Positions 18,887-28,032 of a stretch of 64,000 nt of DNA are shown here, one piece after another. The notes beneath the pieces are model-generated. The model worked only from the letters and a program-made list of their open reading frames with translations, made no database searches and had not been told where the DNA came from. The first letter of the stretch is position 1. The number at the start of each line of letters is the position of its first letter. Origin of the DNA: an uncultured Bacillota bacterium (lineage in GTDB: Bacteria; Sysuimicrobiota; Sysuimicrobiia; Sysuimicrobiales; Segetimicrobiaceae); NCBI GenBank assembly GCA_963804645.1, contig CAWDRG010000011.1, forward strand, positions 183,466 to 247,465. The letters are read 5' to 3'. Made by a program: the position numbers and the translations under genes.

Positions 18887-19825
18887 ATGGGCGTGTCATT
18901 CGTACTCCAACACGACGAAACGATTCCACAAGGCGTTCGGCGGATCGTCCGCGGGTGCATCGACGACGCCTTGGAGCGGCTCACCGGCAACGGGGGCGTG
19001 GTGAGCGATGCCGCCGTGCACGAGGCGCGAAAGCGGTTTAAAGAGATCCGTGGGGTATTGCGCCTCGTCCGCGGCGAGTTGGGGCGTCCAGTATTTCGGC
19101 GGGAAAACCGTGTCGTTCGGGATGCAGCCCGTCCGCTGTCGGCGGTGCGGGACGCGGCGGTCCTGGTGGACAGCCTCGATCGCCTGATTGAGCAGTCCGC
19201 TGGACGCGTGACGCCAGACCAACTCGCGCCGCTCAGACAGATGCTCGTCGAACGTCAGCGCGCCGTACGCGAGCAGGTGATGGCAGGCGATCGGCCGGTG
19301 TCCGAGGTCGTCCGGCGCCTCGAACAGGCCAAGACGCGTGTCGCCCGCTGGCCGCTCCGCCGGCGCGGCTGGAGTGCGATCAAAGACGGACTGCGCACCG
19401 TCTATGCGCAGGGCCGACGGGCCATGCGCGACGCTCGGGCCGGGATCTCCGACGAGGCGCTGCACGAATGGCGCAAGCGCGCCAAGGACCTGCGGTACGC
19501 CCTCGAACTGCTTCAGTCCATGGGGCCCGAGACGGTCGCACGCCTGGCCGGGCGCGCCCACCGGCTCACGGACCTGCTCGGGGACGATCACGACCTGGCC
19601 GTCCTGCAGACGATCGCGCGGGACGCTTCCGCGGGCGGCGCGGGTGACGAATACGCCCTGCTCGCGCCGCTCATCGCGGAGCGGAGAGAGACGCTGCAGC
19701 GCGACGCGATCGCGCTCGGAGACACGCTGTACGAAGAACGCCCGCGGGACTTTGTCCGCCGGTTGCAAGGCTATTGGAAGCTCACGCGACAGGCGCACGA
19801 GCCGGCGGCACCGGCTCGCGCGTAA
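18887..19825 (+). CDS. CHAD domain protein
   Basis: VHEARKRFKEIR, LHEWRKRAKDLRY, LGDDHDL. Confidence 0.92.
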   Translation: MGVSFVLQHDETIPQGVRRIVRGCIDDALERLTGNGGVVSDAAVHEARKRFKEIRGVLRLVRGELGRPVFRRENRVVRDAARPLSAVRDAAVLVDSLDRLIEQSAGRVTPDQLAPLRQMLVERQRAVREQVMAGDRPVSEVVRRLEQAKTRVARWPLRRRGWSAIKDGLRTVYAQGRRAMRDARAGISDEALHEWRKRAKDLRYALELLQSMGPETVARLAGRAHRLTDLLGDDHDLAVLQTIARDASAGGAGDEYALLAPLIAERRETLQRDAIALGDTLYEERPRDFVRRLQGYWKLTRQAHEPAAPARA

Positions 19826-19886
19826 CCGTTGAATTCCGGCCGCGTCCGACGGCGGGTCGGCGCCCGCGCCGCGGCCCGACGGCCGG

Positions 19887-20324
19887 CTACCGGACGACCA
19901 GCACCGGGACCCCGGCACCGTGCAGCACGCGTTCGCTCACGCTGCCGAGGATCAGTCCCCCGAGCTGCCCCAGCCCGCGGCAGCCGATCACGATCATGTC
20001 GGCCGGCATCTCCGCGGCCGTCTTCACGATAAGCGCCGATGGATCCCCGTTGCGATAGAGACGCGTGATCGGGACGTCCACGCCGGCGAACTCCTGGGCC
20101 GTGGTGTCGAGGATCATCTGCCCGGCACGCGCGAGCCCTTCCTCGAGAGTGTTGAAGTCGACCATCGTTTCGGGCCCGGCCCCACCGTAGGCGATCGCCG
20201 GGACGTGGCCGACGTTGATTAGGGTGATCTCGACTGGGCGCAGTTCCCGGGCGAGTCGGGCCGCGAGAGCCGCGGCGCGAAGCGCGTGCGGAGAGCCGTC
20301 AGTCGCGACGAGTAGACGCATCAC
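19887..20324 (-). CDS. Universal stress protein
   Basis: LLVATDGS, IVIGCRG, LGSVSERVL. Confidence 0.95.
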   Translation of the reverse strand: MMRLLVATDGSPHALRAAALAARLARELRPVEITLINVGHVPAIAYGGAGPETMVDFNTLEEGLARAGQMILDTTAQEFAGVDVPITRLYRNGDPSALIVKTAAEMPADMIVIGCRGLGQLGGLILGSVSERVLHGAGVPVLVVR

Positions 20325-20411
20325 CCACCTCCTTTCACACCGCCGAACCGGACACGGTCAGTACGTCCGGAAAGGTCCCACCTGCCGCCGAGCCACTTCG
20401 CTTCCACCTCT

Positions 20412-20529
20412 AAGGTACCATCGGGCGCCTCGGCGAGGCATCGGTCGCGCAGATGATTTGTCCCGCGCCGCCGCCGTCCAGGATCGGCCCTGGGCCCGAT
20501 GGCGCGCGGCGGCGGCCCCGCAGTATCCT
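20412..20529. promoter_or_regulatory. Back-to-back regulon promoters: ATCGG-N8-ATGAT (20440-20457, leftward, TGgTACCTT) and ATCGG-N8-CCGAT (20483-20500, rightward, TATCCT)
   Basis: Spacers of 22 and 23 bp. Confidence 0.7.
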
Positions 20530-20574
20530 AGAGTTAGTGCACGAGCAGGCACGTGGATTCGAGGAGGCGCGCCC

Positions 20575-21243
20575 ATGCATGCGCGAGAGATGATGAGTAC
20601 GCCGGTCATCACCGTCCGCCCAGAAGCCCCGCTCAAGGAGGTCGCCGCGCTGATGATCGCGCGGGGAGTCAGCGGCGTTCCGGTCGTCGACCGGGACGGA
20701 CGTCCCCTCGGCATGATCTCCGAATCGGACTTCCTCGCGCGCGAGGAAGTCGGACAGTACACCGGCGTCTTCACCCGCCTCGCCGAGACCTTCGGGGCGG
20801 GCGCAAAGGTCCACGGGCGCACGGCGGCGGACCTGATGACCAGTCCGATGATCACGGCGGGCCCCGACACGACGGCGCGCGAGTTGGGACACCTGATGGC
20901 CGCCAACGCCATCAACCGCGTGCCCATTGTCGAGGACGGACGCATCGTCGGTATCGTCACCCGGGCCGACGTGCTCCGGACGCTGATCCGTCCGGACGAG
21001 GCGATCACCGCCGAGATCCGGTGGCGGTTCGAGCACGAGCTGTGGATCAACCCGGATGACCTCCGCGTCGAGACGCGGAGTGGGGTCGTCACGCTGGCCG
21101 GCACCGTCGAGACGCGCGCGGACGCGGAGCTCTCAAAGCGCTGGGCGCGCGCCGTCGACGGGGTGGTGGACGTCGACGCGCAGGGCCTCCGGTACGAAGT
21201 CGACGATCGTCGGATCCGGGCCACCACCGACCACGCTCGCTAG
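20575..21243 (+). CDS. CBS-pair + BON domain protein
   Basis: VSGVPVVD, IVGIVTRADV, GVVTLAGTV...VDGVVDV; GAGGAGG RBS. Confidence 0.92.
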   Translation: MHAREMMSTPVITVRPEAPLKEVAALMIARGVSGVPVVDRDGRPLGMISESDFLAREEVGQYTGVFTRLAETFGAGAKVHGRTAADLMTSPMITAGPDTTARELGHLMAANAINRVPIVEDGRIVGIVTRADVLRTLIRPDEAITAEIRWRFEHELWINPDDLRVETRSGVVTLAGTVETRADAELSKRWARAVDGVVDVDAQGLRYEVDDRRIRATTDHAR

Positions 21244-21393
21244 GGTCTGGCACGAACGCCGCGCTCACGGGGCACGCGCAGCCCGTGAGCGCGCTGATCC
21301 CGGGAGATGTCAGCGCACCGTCCGCGCGTCCCGGTCGTCGCCCAGGGGGACGCCAGGCCCGTCATGGCGGCAGCCCCGCCGGGCGAGCGATGA

Positions 21394-22524
21394 TTAGTCG
21401 ACGCGCTTCTGGAAGCGGCTGATCGCCGCGGCAAAGACCACGATGCCGATGACCATCATCGGCACGATCTGACGCCACAGGTCCGGGAACCCGACTCCCT
21501 TGATCATAATGCCGCGGATGATCGTCACAAAGTACGTGAGCGGCATGATGCTGCCGAGAATCTGCAGCGCCCGAGGCAGCGACTCACGCGGGAAGATGAA
21601 TCCCGACAGCAGGATGCCGGGCAGGAGAATCAGCTGCGTCATCTGCGCGGCCTGCTGAAACGTCTTCGACACCGTGGAGACCAGCGCGCCGATCCCCAGC
21701 GTGCTGAAGAAGAACACCAGCGACATGGCGTACAACAACAAGAGGCTCCCCTTGATCGGCACGTGAAACCACGCGCTCGCCAGAAACAGCGTCAGGGTGA
21801 TCTGCACGTATCCGAGGCCGACGAGCGGGATCACCTTGCCGAGCATCAGCTCCAGCGCGGTGATCGGGGTCACCACCAACTGCTCCATCGTCCCCAGCTC
21901 GCGCTCACGCACGATCACGATGATCGCCTGGAACGTCGTGACAAACATCAGCACAATCGCGATCGTGCCCGGCACGAGAAAATTGACGTTCTCGAGGGTC
22001 GGGTTATACCAGGCGCGCGCCCGCACGTCGATCGGCAGCGCACTCGGCGCCCCTCCCGTCAGCCGCTGCGTCTGCTGGATCACGAGCTGCGTCGACAGCT
22101 CCTGGCCGATCTCGGACGCGATGCCGAGCACCGTGCGCGCCGACGTCGGCTCGGACGCGTCGACGATCACCTCCACCTGCGCGGTACGCCCGCTGCGGAG
22201 GCGCGACGCGTAGTCCGGCGGGATCCAGATCCCGATCTTCGCCTGGCCGCCGTCGATCAGCCGACGCACTTGGTCGAACGTGCTCGTGTAGTAGTCGAGG
22301 TCGACGTAGGTGGTGTTCGTGAACGCGTTGAGCAGTGTCCGGCTCTCCAGGGTGTGGGACTCGTCGAAGACCGCGGTGGCGATGTGGGTGATGTCGTTGC
22401 TCAGATACCCGTACAGCATCAACTGGACGATCGGCAGCGTGATGACCGAGATCAGCGTCCGCCGATCCCGCAGAATCTGGATGACCTCCTTGCGGATGAC
22501 CGCAAACAGGCGACGACGATTCAC
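21394..22524 (-). CDS. ABC-2 exporter permease (YbhR/YbhS-like)
   Basis: KEVIQILRD, WYNP, RERELGTMEQL..TP, LLSGFIFP. Confidence 0.93.
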   Translation of the reverse strand: MNRRRLFAVIRKEVIQILRDRRTLISVITLPIVQLMLYGYLSNDITHIATAVFDESHTLESRTLLNAFTNTTYVDLDYYTSTFDQVRRLIDGGQAKIGIWIPPDYASRLRSGRTAQVEVIVDASEPTSARTVLGIASEIGQELSTQLVIQQTQRLTGGAPSALPIDVRARAWYNPTLENVNFLVPGTIAIVLMFVTTFQAIIVIVRERELGTMEQLVVTPITALELMLGKVIPLVGLGYVQITLTLFLASAWFHVPIKGSLLLLYAMSLVFFFSTLGIGALVSTVSKTFQQAAQMTQLILLPGILLSGFIFPRESLPRALQILGSIMPLTYFVTIIRGIMIKGVGFPDLWRQIVPMMVIGIVVFAAAISRFQKRVD

Positions 22525-23492
22525 GGACGACCCTCCGCGGGCGCCTGCGGCGTCCCGGCGCCGGGCCGCTCGACAAGGGACACGAACGCGTCCTCAAGGG
22601 ACGGGGCCACCGGGCGGACCGTGTCGACCAGCACGCCCCGGTCCGCCAAGGCCTTCCGGATCGCCGGGATCGCCGTGTCCGGGTCCTGCACCGTGACGTG
22701 AATGGCCCGCCCGAAGAGGGCCGCCTCATGCACCTCCGGGACCTGCGACAGCGCGTCGAGCGCCATCCCGTACTGCGCGGTCATGATCTCGAACAGCGCG
22801 CCCGACATCTCGCGACGCTCGATCTCGTCCGGCGTGCCCATGGCGATGATCCGACCGCCGAAGATGAACGCGAGCGTATCGCAGTGTTCTGCTTCATCCA
22901 TATAGTGCGTCGTGACCATCACCGTCACCCCGTCCTCGGCGAACTGGCCAATGAGGTCCCAAAACTCCCTCCGGCTGACCGGGTCGACGCCGCTGGTGGG
23001 CTCATCGAGAAAGACCATGCGCGGGCGGTGCAGCACGGCGCACCCCAGCGCCAGGCGCTGCTTCCATCCGCCCGACAGCGTCCCGGCCAGCGCGCGCTCG
23101 CGGCCCCGCAGATCGGCTCGGGCGATCCACTCGGCCGACCGGTCGCGCGCCTCGGGTCGCGATAGTCCGTACACCCCCGCGAAAAACGCCAGATTCTCTT
23201 CGACCGTCAGGTCGTCGTACAGGCTGAACCGCTGGGACATGTAGCCGATCCGCGCTTTGATCGCCTCCGGATCGCGCGCCACGTCGTAGCCGAGGACGTC
23301 CGCGCCGCCCGCAGTCGGGCTGAGGATGCCGCACAGCATCCGAATTGTGGTCGACTTGCCCGCCCCGTTCGGCCCGAGGAAGCCCCATACCGCACCGGAG
23401 GGGATCTCGAAGTTGAGATGGTCGACCGCCACGAACGCCCCGAAGGTCCGCGTCAGGTCGCGGGCCCGGACCGCGGCCGGCCGGTCAGACAC
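22521..23492 (-). CDS. ABC exporter ATP-binding subunit (YbhF-like)
   Basis: GPNGAGKS, LSGGWKQR, FLDEPT, TTHYMDEAE. Confidence 0.93.
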   Translation of the reverse strand: MSDRPAAVRARDLTRTFGAFVAVDHLNFEIPSGAVWGFLGPNGAGKSTTIRMLCGILSPTAGGADVLGYDVARDPEAIKARIGYMSQRFSLYDDLTVEENLAFFAGVYGLSRPEARDRSAEWIARADLRGRERALAGTLSGGWKQRLALGCAVLHRPRMVFLDEPTSGVDPVSRREFWDLIGQFAEDGVTVMVTTHYMDEAEHCDTLAFIFGGRIIAMGTPDEIERREMSGALFEIMTAQYGMALDALSQVPEVHEAALFGRAIHVTVQDPDTAIPAIRKALADRGVLVDTVRPVAPSLEDAFVSLVERPGAGTPQAPAEGRP

Positions 23493-24444
23493 GGGGGGTG
23501 CCTCCGGACGCGGTGCGCCGCTCCACAATCTCGGAGACAAAGACATCTTCGAGGGACGGCGCAATCTGCACGGCGTCCCGCACCGTGACGCCGCCCGCGG
23601 ACAGCCTCGCGGTGAGCGCGGCGATCGCCGCCTGCGCGTCCCCGACGACAATGTGGAAGCGATCGCCGATCACGGTCTCCGAGAGGATCTCGGGGGAGCG
23701 CTGGATGATTCGGCGCGCGGCCGCCCTCGGCTCGGCCACGAACTCGACGACATCGCCGCGCATGCGCTGCTTCATGACGGCCGGATCTGCGACGGAAATC
23801 AACTCGCCGGTGTGCAGCAGCCCCACGGTGGTGCACCGATCCGCCTCGTCCATGTACGTCGTGCTGGCCAGGATCGTCACGCCGCCGCGGTTCAGGTCGT
23901 AGAGAATGCGCCAGAACTCGCGCCGCGACACCGGGTCGACCCCGGCGGTGGGCTCGTCGAGGAGCAGCACGCTCGGTTCGTGGATCAGCGTGCACGTGAG
24001 CGCCAGCTTCTGCTTCATGCCGCCCGAGAGCTGCGCGCCGAGCCGGTCTCGAAACGCAGCCAGCCCGCTGAACTCGAACAGCCGCCGGCTCCGTTCCTCG
24101 CGCACGTCCGGGGGCACGCCGAAGAGGTCCGCATAGAAGTTCAGGTTCTCCTGCACCGTCAGATCGCCGTACAGGCTGAACCGCTGGGGCATGTACCCCA
24201 GGCGCTCGCGCACGCGGTCCGGCTGTCGCCCGAGGTCGATCCCCTCGATCGTCACGGCACCCGCGTCGGCCGCGATCGCGCCGCAGAGCAGTCGCAGCGT
24301 CGTGGTCTTGCCCGCCCCGTCCGGCCCCAGCAGCGCGAAGATCTCGCCCCGCGGAACCTGAAACGACAGATGCTTTACGGCGACCGTCGCGCCGAATCGG
24401 CGGGTCAGCCCCTCGACGATGATCGCGGGCCGCTCCTGCGCCAT
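23485..24444 (-). CDS. ABC exporter ATP-binding subunit (YbhF-like)
   Basis: GPDGAGKT, LSGGMKQK, LLDEPT; start trimmed to MAQERP. Confidence 0.92.
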   Translation of the reverse strand: MAQERPAIIVEGLTRRFGATVAVKHLSFQVPRGEIFALLGPDGAGKTTTLRLLCGAIAADAGAVTIEGIDLGRQPDRVRERLGYMPQRFSLYGDLTVQENLNFYADLFGVPPDVREERSRRLFEFSGLAAFRDRLGAQLSGGMKQKLALTCTLIHEPSVLLLDEPTAGVDPVSRREFWRILYDLNRGGVTILASTTYMDEADRCTTVGLLHTGELISVADPAVMKQRMRGDVVEFVAEPRAAARRIIQRSPEILSETVIGDRFHIVVGDAQAAIAALTARLSAGGVTVRDAVQIAPSLEDVFVSEIVERRTASGGTPRV

Positions 24445-25754
24445 CACCGCGGCGTCCGATCGTGTTCCGTCCCGACCAAGATCTCCGCGTCGGCCGGCAT
24501 ACCGGGTTTCAGGCTCAACTCGTCGTTGGTGAGCTGGATCTTGACCGAAAACACGAGTTTGACGCGGTCGCCGACCGTCTGAACGTTGACGGGCGTGAAC
24601 TCGCCCTTGCTGCTGATCTCGACGACGCGCCCCTCGAAGATCCGGTTCGGGAAGCTGTCGATGCTGACCCGCGCACCCTGCCCCACCTTGACCTCCGCGA
24701 TCTGATCCTCCGGGACATACGCCCGCAGCCAGATATCGTGCAGGTCGACCAGCGTGAAGAGGGGCGTCCCGGCCGCCACCACCTCGCCCACCTCGACGTA
24801 CTTCGTCTGGACCACCGCCGCGCGCGGCGAGACAACAACGTTGTGGCCCGCGATCACCTGCAGGTAGGTCAGATTGGCTCGGGCCTGTGCGAGCGCGGCC
24901 TGGGCGGCGGCCAGATCCTGCCGCCGCTGCGCGATGACCGTGTAGCCCGCCTGCGCGTTTGCGAGGCCCGCGTGCGCCGCCGCTACCCCCGCGTGCGCCG
25001 CCGTCACCGCCTGCGTCTGGATCTCCACCTGCCGCAGATTCGTCCGCGCCGACGCGACGTTCGCCTGTGCCTGTGTCACCGCGTCCCCCGCGCTCCGCCG
25101 CTGCGCCACCGCCGCGTCGTATGCCGCCTGAACCGCGTCCACCTCGTCCGCCGAGACCGCGCCCTGCGCAAACAGCATCTTCTCCCGCCCCAGGTTGTTC
25201 CGCGCCGTCACGAGCGCCGACTCCGCGCCCCCCACCTGCGCCTCCGCCGACGCCGCCTGCGCCGTGGCCGACGCCACCGCGTCCCGCAGCGTCCGCTCCG
25301 CAATCGCCAGCTGCGTCTCCGTCTGCGGCACGCCCGTCCCGGCCGTCGTCACCTGCGCCTGCGCCGCCCCCACCTGCGCCCCCGTCACCTGCTCCTGCGC
25401 CGCCACCGCCCGCTCCGCGTCCCCCACCTGCGCCGCCGCCTGCTGCACCGCCGCCTGGGCCGCCGCCACCTGCGCCGCCGCTTCCTGGGGCTCCAGCTCC
25501 GCCACGACCTCCCCCGCCTTCACCGTGTCCCCCTCGTCGACGGTCAAGCGGATGATCTGGCCGGCGACCTTGGGGCTCACGTCGACCTCGGTGGCCTGGA
25601 TCGACCCGGACGCGAACAGACGACCGGCTTCCGCACGCTGCTCGTACAGCCGCCATCCCGCCCAGGCCAGAAGACCCAGTGCCAACGCGACCAACGCGAT
25701 CGTGAGGAGGATCCGGCCCCGTGGTGCGCGGCGCGCGGGCGCGTCGGCGGCCAT
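24444..25754 (-). CDS. HlyD-family periplasmic adaptor (YbhG-like)
   Basis: N-terminal TM, EGDTVKAGEVVAEL, long Ala/Gln coiled coil, EFTPVNVQT, LKPGMPA. Confidence 0.92.
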   Translation of the reverse strand: MAADAPARRAPRGRILLTIALVALALGLLAWAGWRLYEQRAEAGRLFASGSIQATEVDVSPKVAGQIIRLTVDEGDTVKAGEVVAELEPQEAAAQVAAAQAAVQQAAAQVGDAERAVAAQEQVTGAQVGAAQAQVTTAGTGVPQTETQLAIAERTLRDAVASATAQAASAEAQVGGAESALVTARNNLGREKMLFAQGAVSADEVDAVQAAYDAAVAQRRSAGDAVTQAQANVASARTNLRQVEIQTQAVTAAHAGVAAAHAGLANAQAGYTVIAQRRQDLAAAQAALAQARANLTYLQVIAGHNVVVSPRAAVVQTKYVEVGEVVAAGTPLFTLVDLHDIWLRAYVPEDQIAEVKVGQGARVSIDSFPNRIFEGRVVEISSKGEFTPVNVQTVGDRVKLVFSVKIQLTNDELSLKPGMPADAEILVGTEHDRTPR

Positions 25755-26845
25755 CAGCGCGCCACCCCGGCCCGTGTCGCATCGGCGAGGAGCACGACGT
25801 GCGCCTGCGTGCCCGGCCGAAGGAGCTGGTCGGGCGTGTCGATGCGAATTTTCACGCCGAACATCAGCTTCACACGATCCTCTTTGGTCTGCACGCTGAC
25901 GCTCGTGAACTCCGGCTGATCGTTGATCTGCACGATGCGGCCCGCAAACGTCCGCGAGGGCTGCGCATCGAGCGTGACCCGCGCGCGCTGTCCGAGCGTC
26001 ACGCGCCCGATCTCGTTCTCGCTCAGATAGATGCGGATCCAGATGTCCGACGTGTTCAGCATCGTGTAGAGGGCCAGCCCCGCGGGGACCACTTCACCCA
26101 CTTCGACGTTCTGCGTTTGAATCACACCGTCGCGGGGCGCCAACACGTCGTCGTGGCCCGCGATCAGCTCAGCGTAGCGAAGGGAGCTTCCCGCGCGCGC
26201 CAGCGCGGCTTGGGCGGCGGCCAGCTCCTGCCGCCGCTGCGCGATCAGCGTGTAGCCCGCCTGCGCGTTCGCGAGGCCCGCGTGCGCCGCCGCCACCCCC
26301 GCGTGCGCCGCCTCTACCGCCTTCTCCTGGATCTGCACCTGCATCAAGTTCGCCCGCGCCGACGCCAGGGCCGCCTCCGCCTGCGTCACCGCGTCCCCCG
26401 CGCTCCGCCGCCGCGCCACCGCCGCGTCGTATGCCGCCTGAACCGCGTCCACCTCGTCCGCCGAGACCGCGCCCTGCGCAAACAGCATCTTCTCCCGCCC
26501 CAGGTTGTTCCGCGCCGTCACGAGCGCCGACTCCGCGCCCCCCACCTGCGCCTCCGCCGACGCCGCCTGCGCCGTGGCCGACGCCACCGCGTCCCGCAGC
26601 GTCCGCTCCGCAATCGCCAGCTGCGTCTCCGTCTGCGGCACGCCCGTCCCGGCCGTCGTCACCTGCGCCTGCGCCGCCCCCACCTGCGCCCCCGTCACCT
26701 GCTCCTGCGCCGCCACCGCCCGCTCCGCGTCCCCCACCTGCGCCGCCGCCTGCTGCACCGCCGCCTGGGCCGCCGCCACCTGCGCCGCCGCTTCCTGGGG
26801 CTCCAGCTCCGCCACGACCTCCCCCGCCTTCACCGTGTCCCCCTC
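25103..26845. repeat. 433-bp direct repeat (25103-25535 = 26413-26845) inside the two HlyD genes
   Basis: No mismatch found by eye at offset 1310; the two translations are identical over this stretch. Confidence 0.85.
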
Positions 26846-27040
26846 ACGCGCCAGCAACCGCAGCACACGGCCCGGCAGGTAGGCCGTCAGACCGACGGGC
26901 GTCGCTTCAATAGTGCCCGCGCCGCCGATCGGACCGGGGGGCGCAGATTGCGCGTACACCCACCATCCGACGGCCGCGACGACGACGAGCGCGGCCGCGA
27001 TGCGCGCACCCACCCCAGGGCGGCGTGGTGCTGACCCCAT
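25754..27040 (-). CDS. HlyD-family periplasmic adaptor, second paralogue
   Basis: Same architecture; EFTSVSVQT, LRPGTQA; GGAGG RBS before MGSAP. Confidence 0.92.
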   Translation of the reverse strand: MGSAPRRPGVGARIAAALVVVAAVGWWVYAQSAPPGPIGGAGTIEATPVGLTAYLPGRVLRLLAREGDTVKAGEVVAELEPQEAAAQVAAAQAAVQQAAAQVGDAERAVAAQEQVTGAQVGAAQAQVTTAGTGVPQTETQLAIAERTLRDAVASATAQAASAEAQVGGAESALVTARNNLGREKMLFAQGAVSADEVDAVQAAYDAAVARRRSAGDAVTQAEAALASARANLMQVQIQEKAVEAAHAGVAAAHAGLANAQAGYTLIAQRRQELAAAQAALARAGSSLRYAELIAGHDDVLAPRDGVIQTQNVEVGEVVPAGLALYTMLNTSDIWIRIYLSENEIGRVTLGQRARVTLDAQPSRTFAGRIVQINDQPEFTSVSVQTKEDRVKLMFGVKIRIDTPDQLLRPGTQAHVVLLADATRAGVAR

Positions 27041-27079
27041 CGAACAACGCCTCCGTTTCCGCGGCTCACCGCCGGTGCT

Positions 27080-27125
27080 ACCGTACCAAGCCCGACGCGC
27101 CCGAGCCATCGGGCCGACAGCCGAT
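27080..27125 (-). promoter_or_regulatory. Regulon box ATCGG-N8-CCGAT (27108-27125) plus TGgTACGGT for the ABC exporter operon
   Basis: 22-bp spacer. Confidence 0.75.
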
Positions 27126-27246
27126 CCCGACCTCCAGGGGAGCGCGGACTCATGCCGTATTTGCCGCGCTTTGGGTACTTCTGCGCTGGCGGTACAAGTA
27201 CCGTCTCGGGAGGCCCCGCATGCCGGCGGACGCCGGCTCGATGAAA

Positions 27247-27292
27247 GTCATGCCTCCGCCCGATGGCTCCCGCGGCCGATCGATGCCACACT
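27247..27292 (+). promoter_or_regulatory. Degenerate regulon box GTCAT-N8-CCGAT plus TGcCACACT for the CBS-BON/GNAT-ligase operon
   Basis: 22-bp spacer. Confidence 0.55.
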
Positions 27293-27323
27293 GGACAGGG
27301 ATAGACGTTCAGGAGGTCGGGCA

Positions 27324-28013
27324 ATGAAGTACGTCACCGCGCGAGAGATCATGACTACGCCGGTCATCACCGTGCGACCCACGACCCCGATTCGCGACAT
27401 CGCCGCGCTGATGCTCCACTCCGAAGTCAGCGGGCTGCCGGTCGTGGACAACGAGATGCACCTGCTCGGCCTCGTCACCGAGGACGACCTGCTGAGACGG
27501 GAGGAGGCACCGCTCGCGCAGCGCTCGGTCCTCTCCGAGCGCGCGCGCCCGCTGTGGCTCGAGCGGCTCCTGGAGCAGTATCAGGCGGCCGAGGCGGCGA
27601 CGGCCCAGCAGCTGATGACGGCGTACGTCGAGACCGCCGACGAGGACACCCCGGCGCGCGACCTGGCGCGTCTCATGCTCAACCGGAAGCTGAACCGGGT
27701 GCTCATCCTTCGAAACGGCCGGCTCGTCGGCATCGTCACACGGGCCGACGTGCTCAAGGTGTTCGTGCGCAGCGATCAGGCGCTGGTCGATGCCGTGCGC
27801 GACACGCTGCGCCACGACCTCGATCTGGACCCGACGCTCCTGACGATCACCTGCAAGAACGGCGTCGTCACGCTCGCGGGTGAGGTCGCCCGGCACTCGC
27901 AGCGCGCGCTCGCGATCAAGTGGCTGCGCACGATCGACGGGGTCGTCGGCGTCGACGCGGACGCGCTCACGTACCGCGTCGACGACCTGGCCCTCGGGCA
28001 GGTCGTCCGCTAG
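27324..28013 (+). CDS. CBS-pair + BON domain protein
   Basis: VSGLPVVD, LVGIVTRADV, GVVTLAGEV; AGGAGGT RBS. Confidence 0.92.
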   Translation: MKYVTAREIMTTPVITVRPTTPIRDIAALMLHSEVSGLPVVDNEMHLLGLVTEDDLLRREEAPLAQRSVLSERARPLWLERLLEQYQAAEAATAQQLMTAYVETADEDTPARDLARLMLNRKLNRVLILRNGRLVGIVTRADVLKVFVRSDQALVDAVRDTLRHDLDLDPTLLTITCKNGVVTLAGEVARHSQRALAIKWLRTIDGVVGVDADALTYRVDDLALGQVVR

Positions 28014-28032
28014 GCCCGGACCGTCCGATCCC

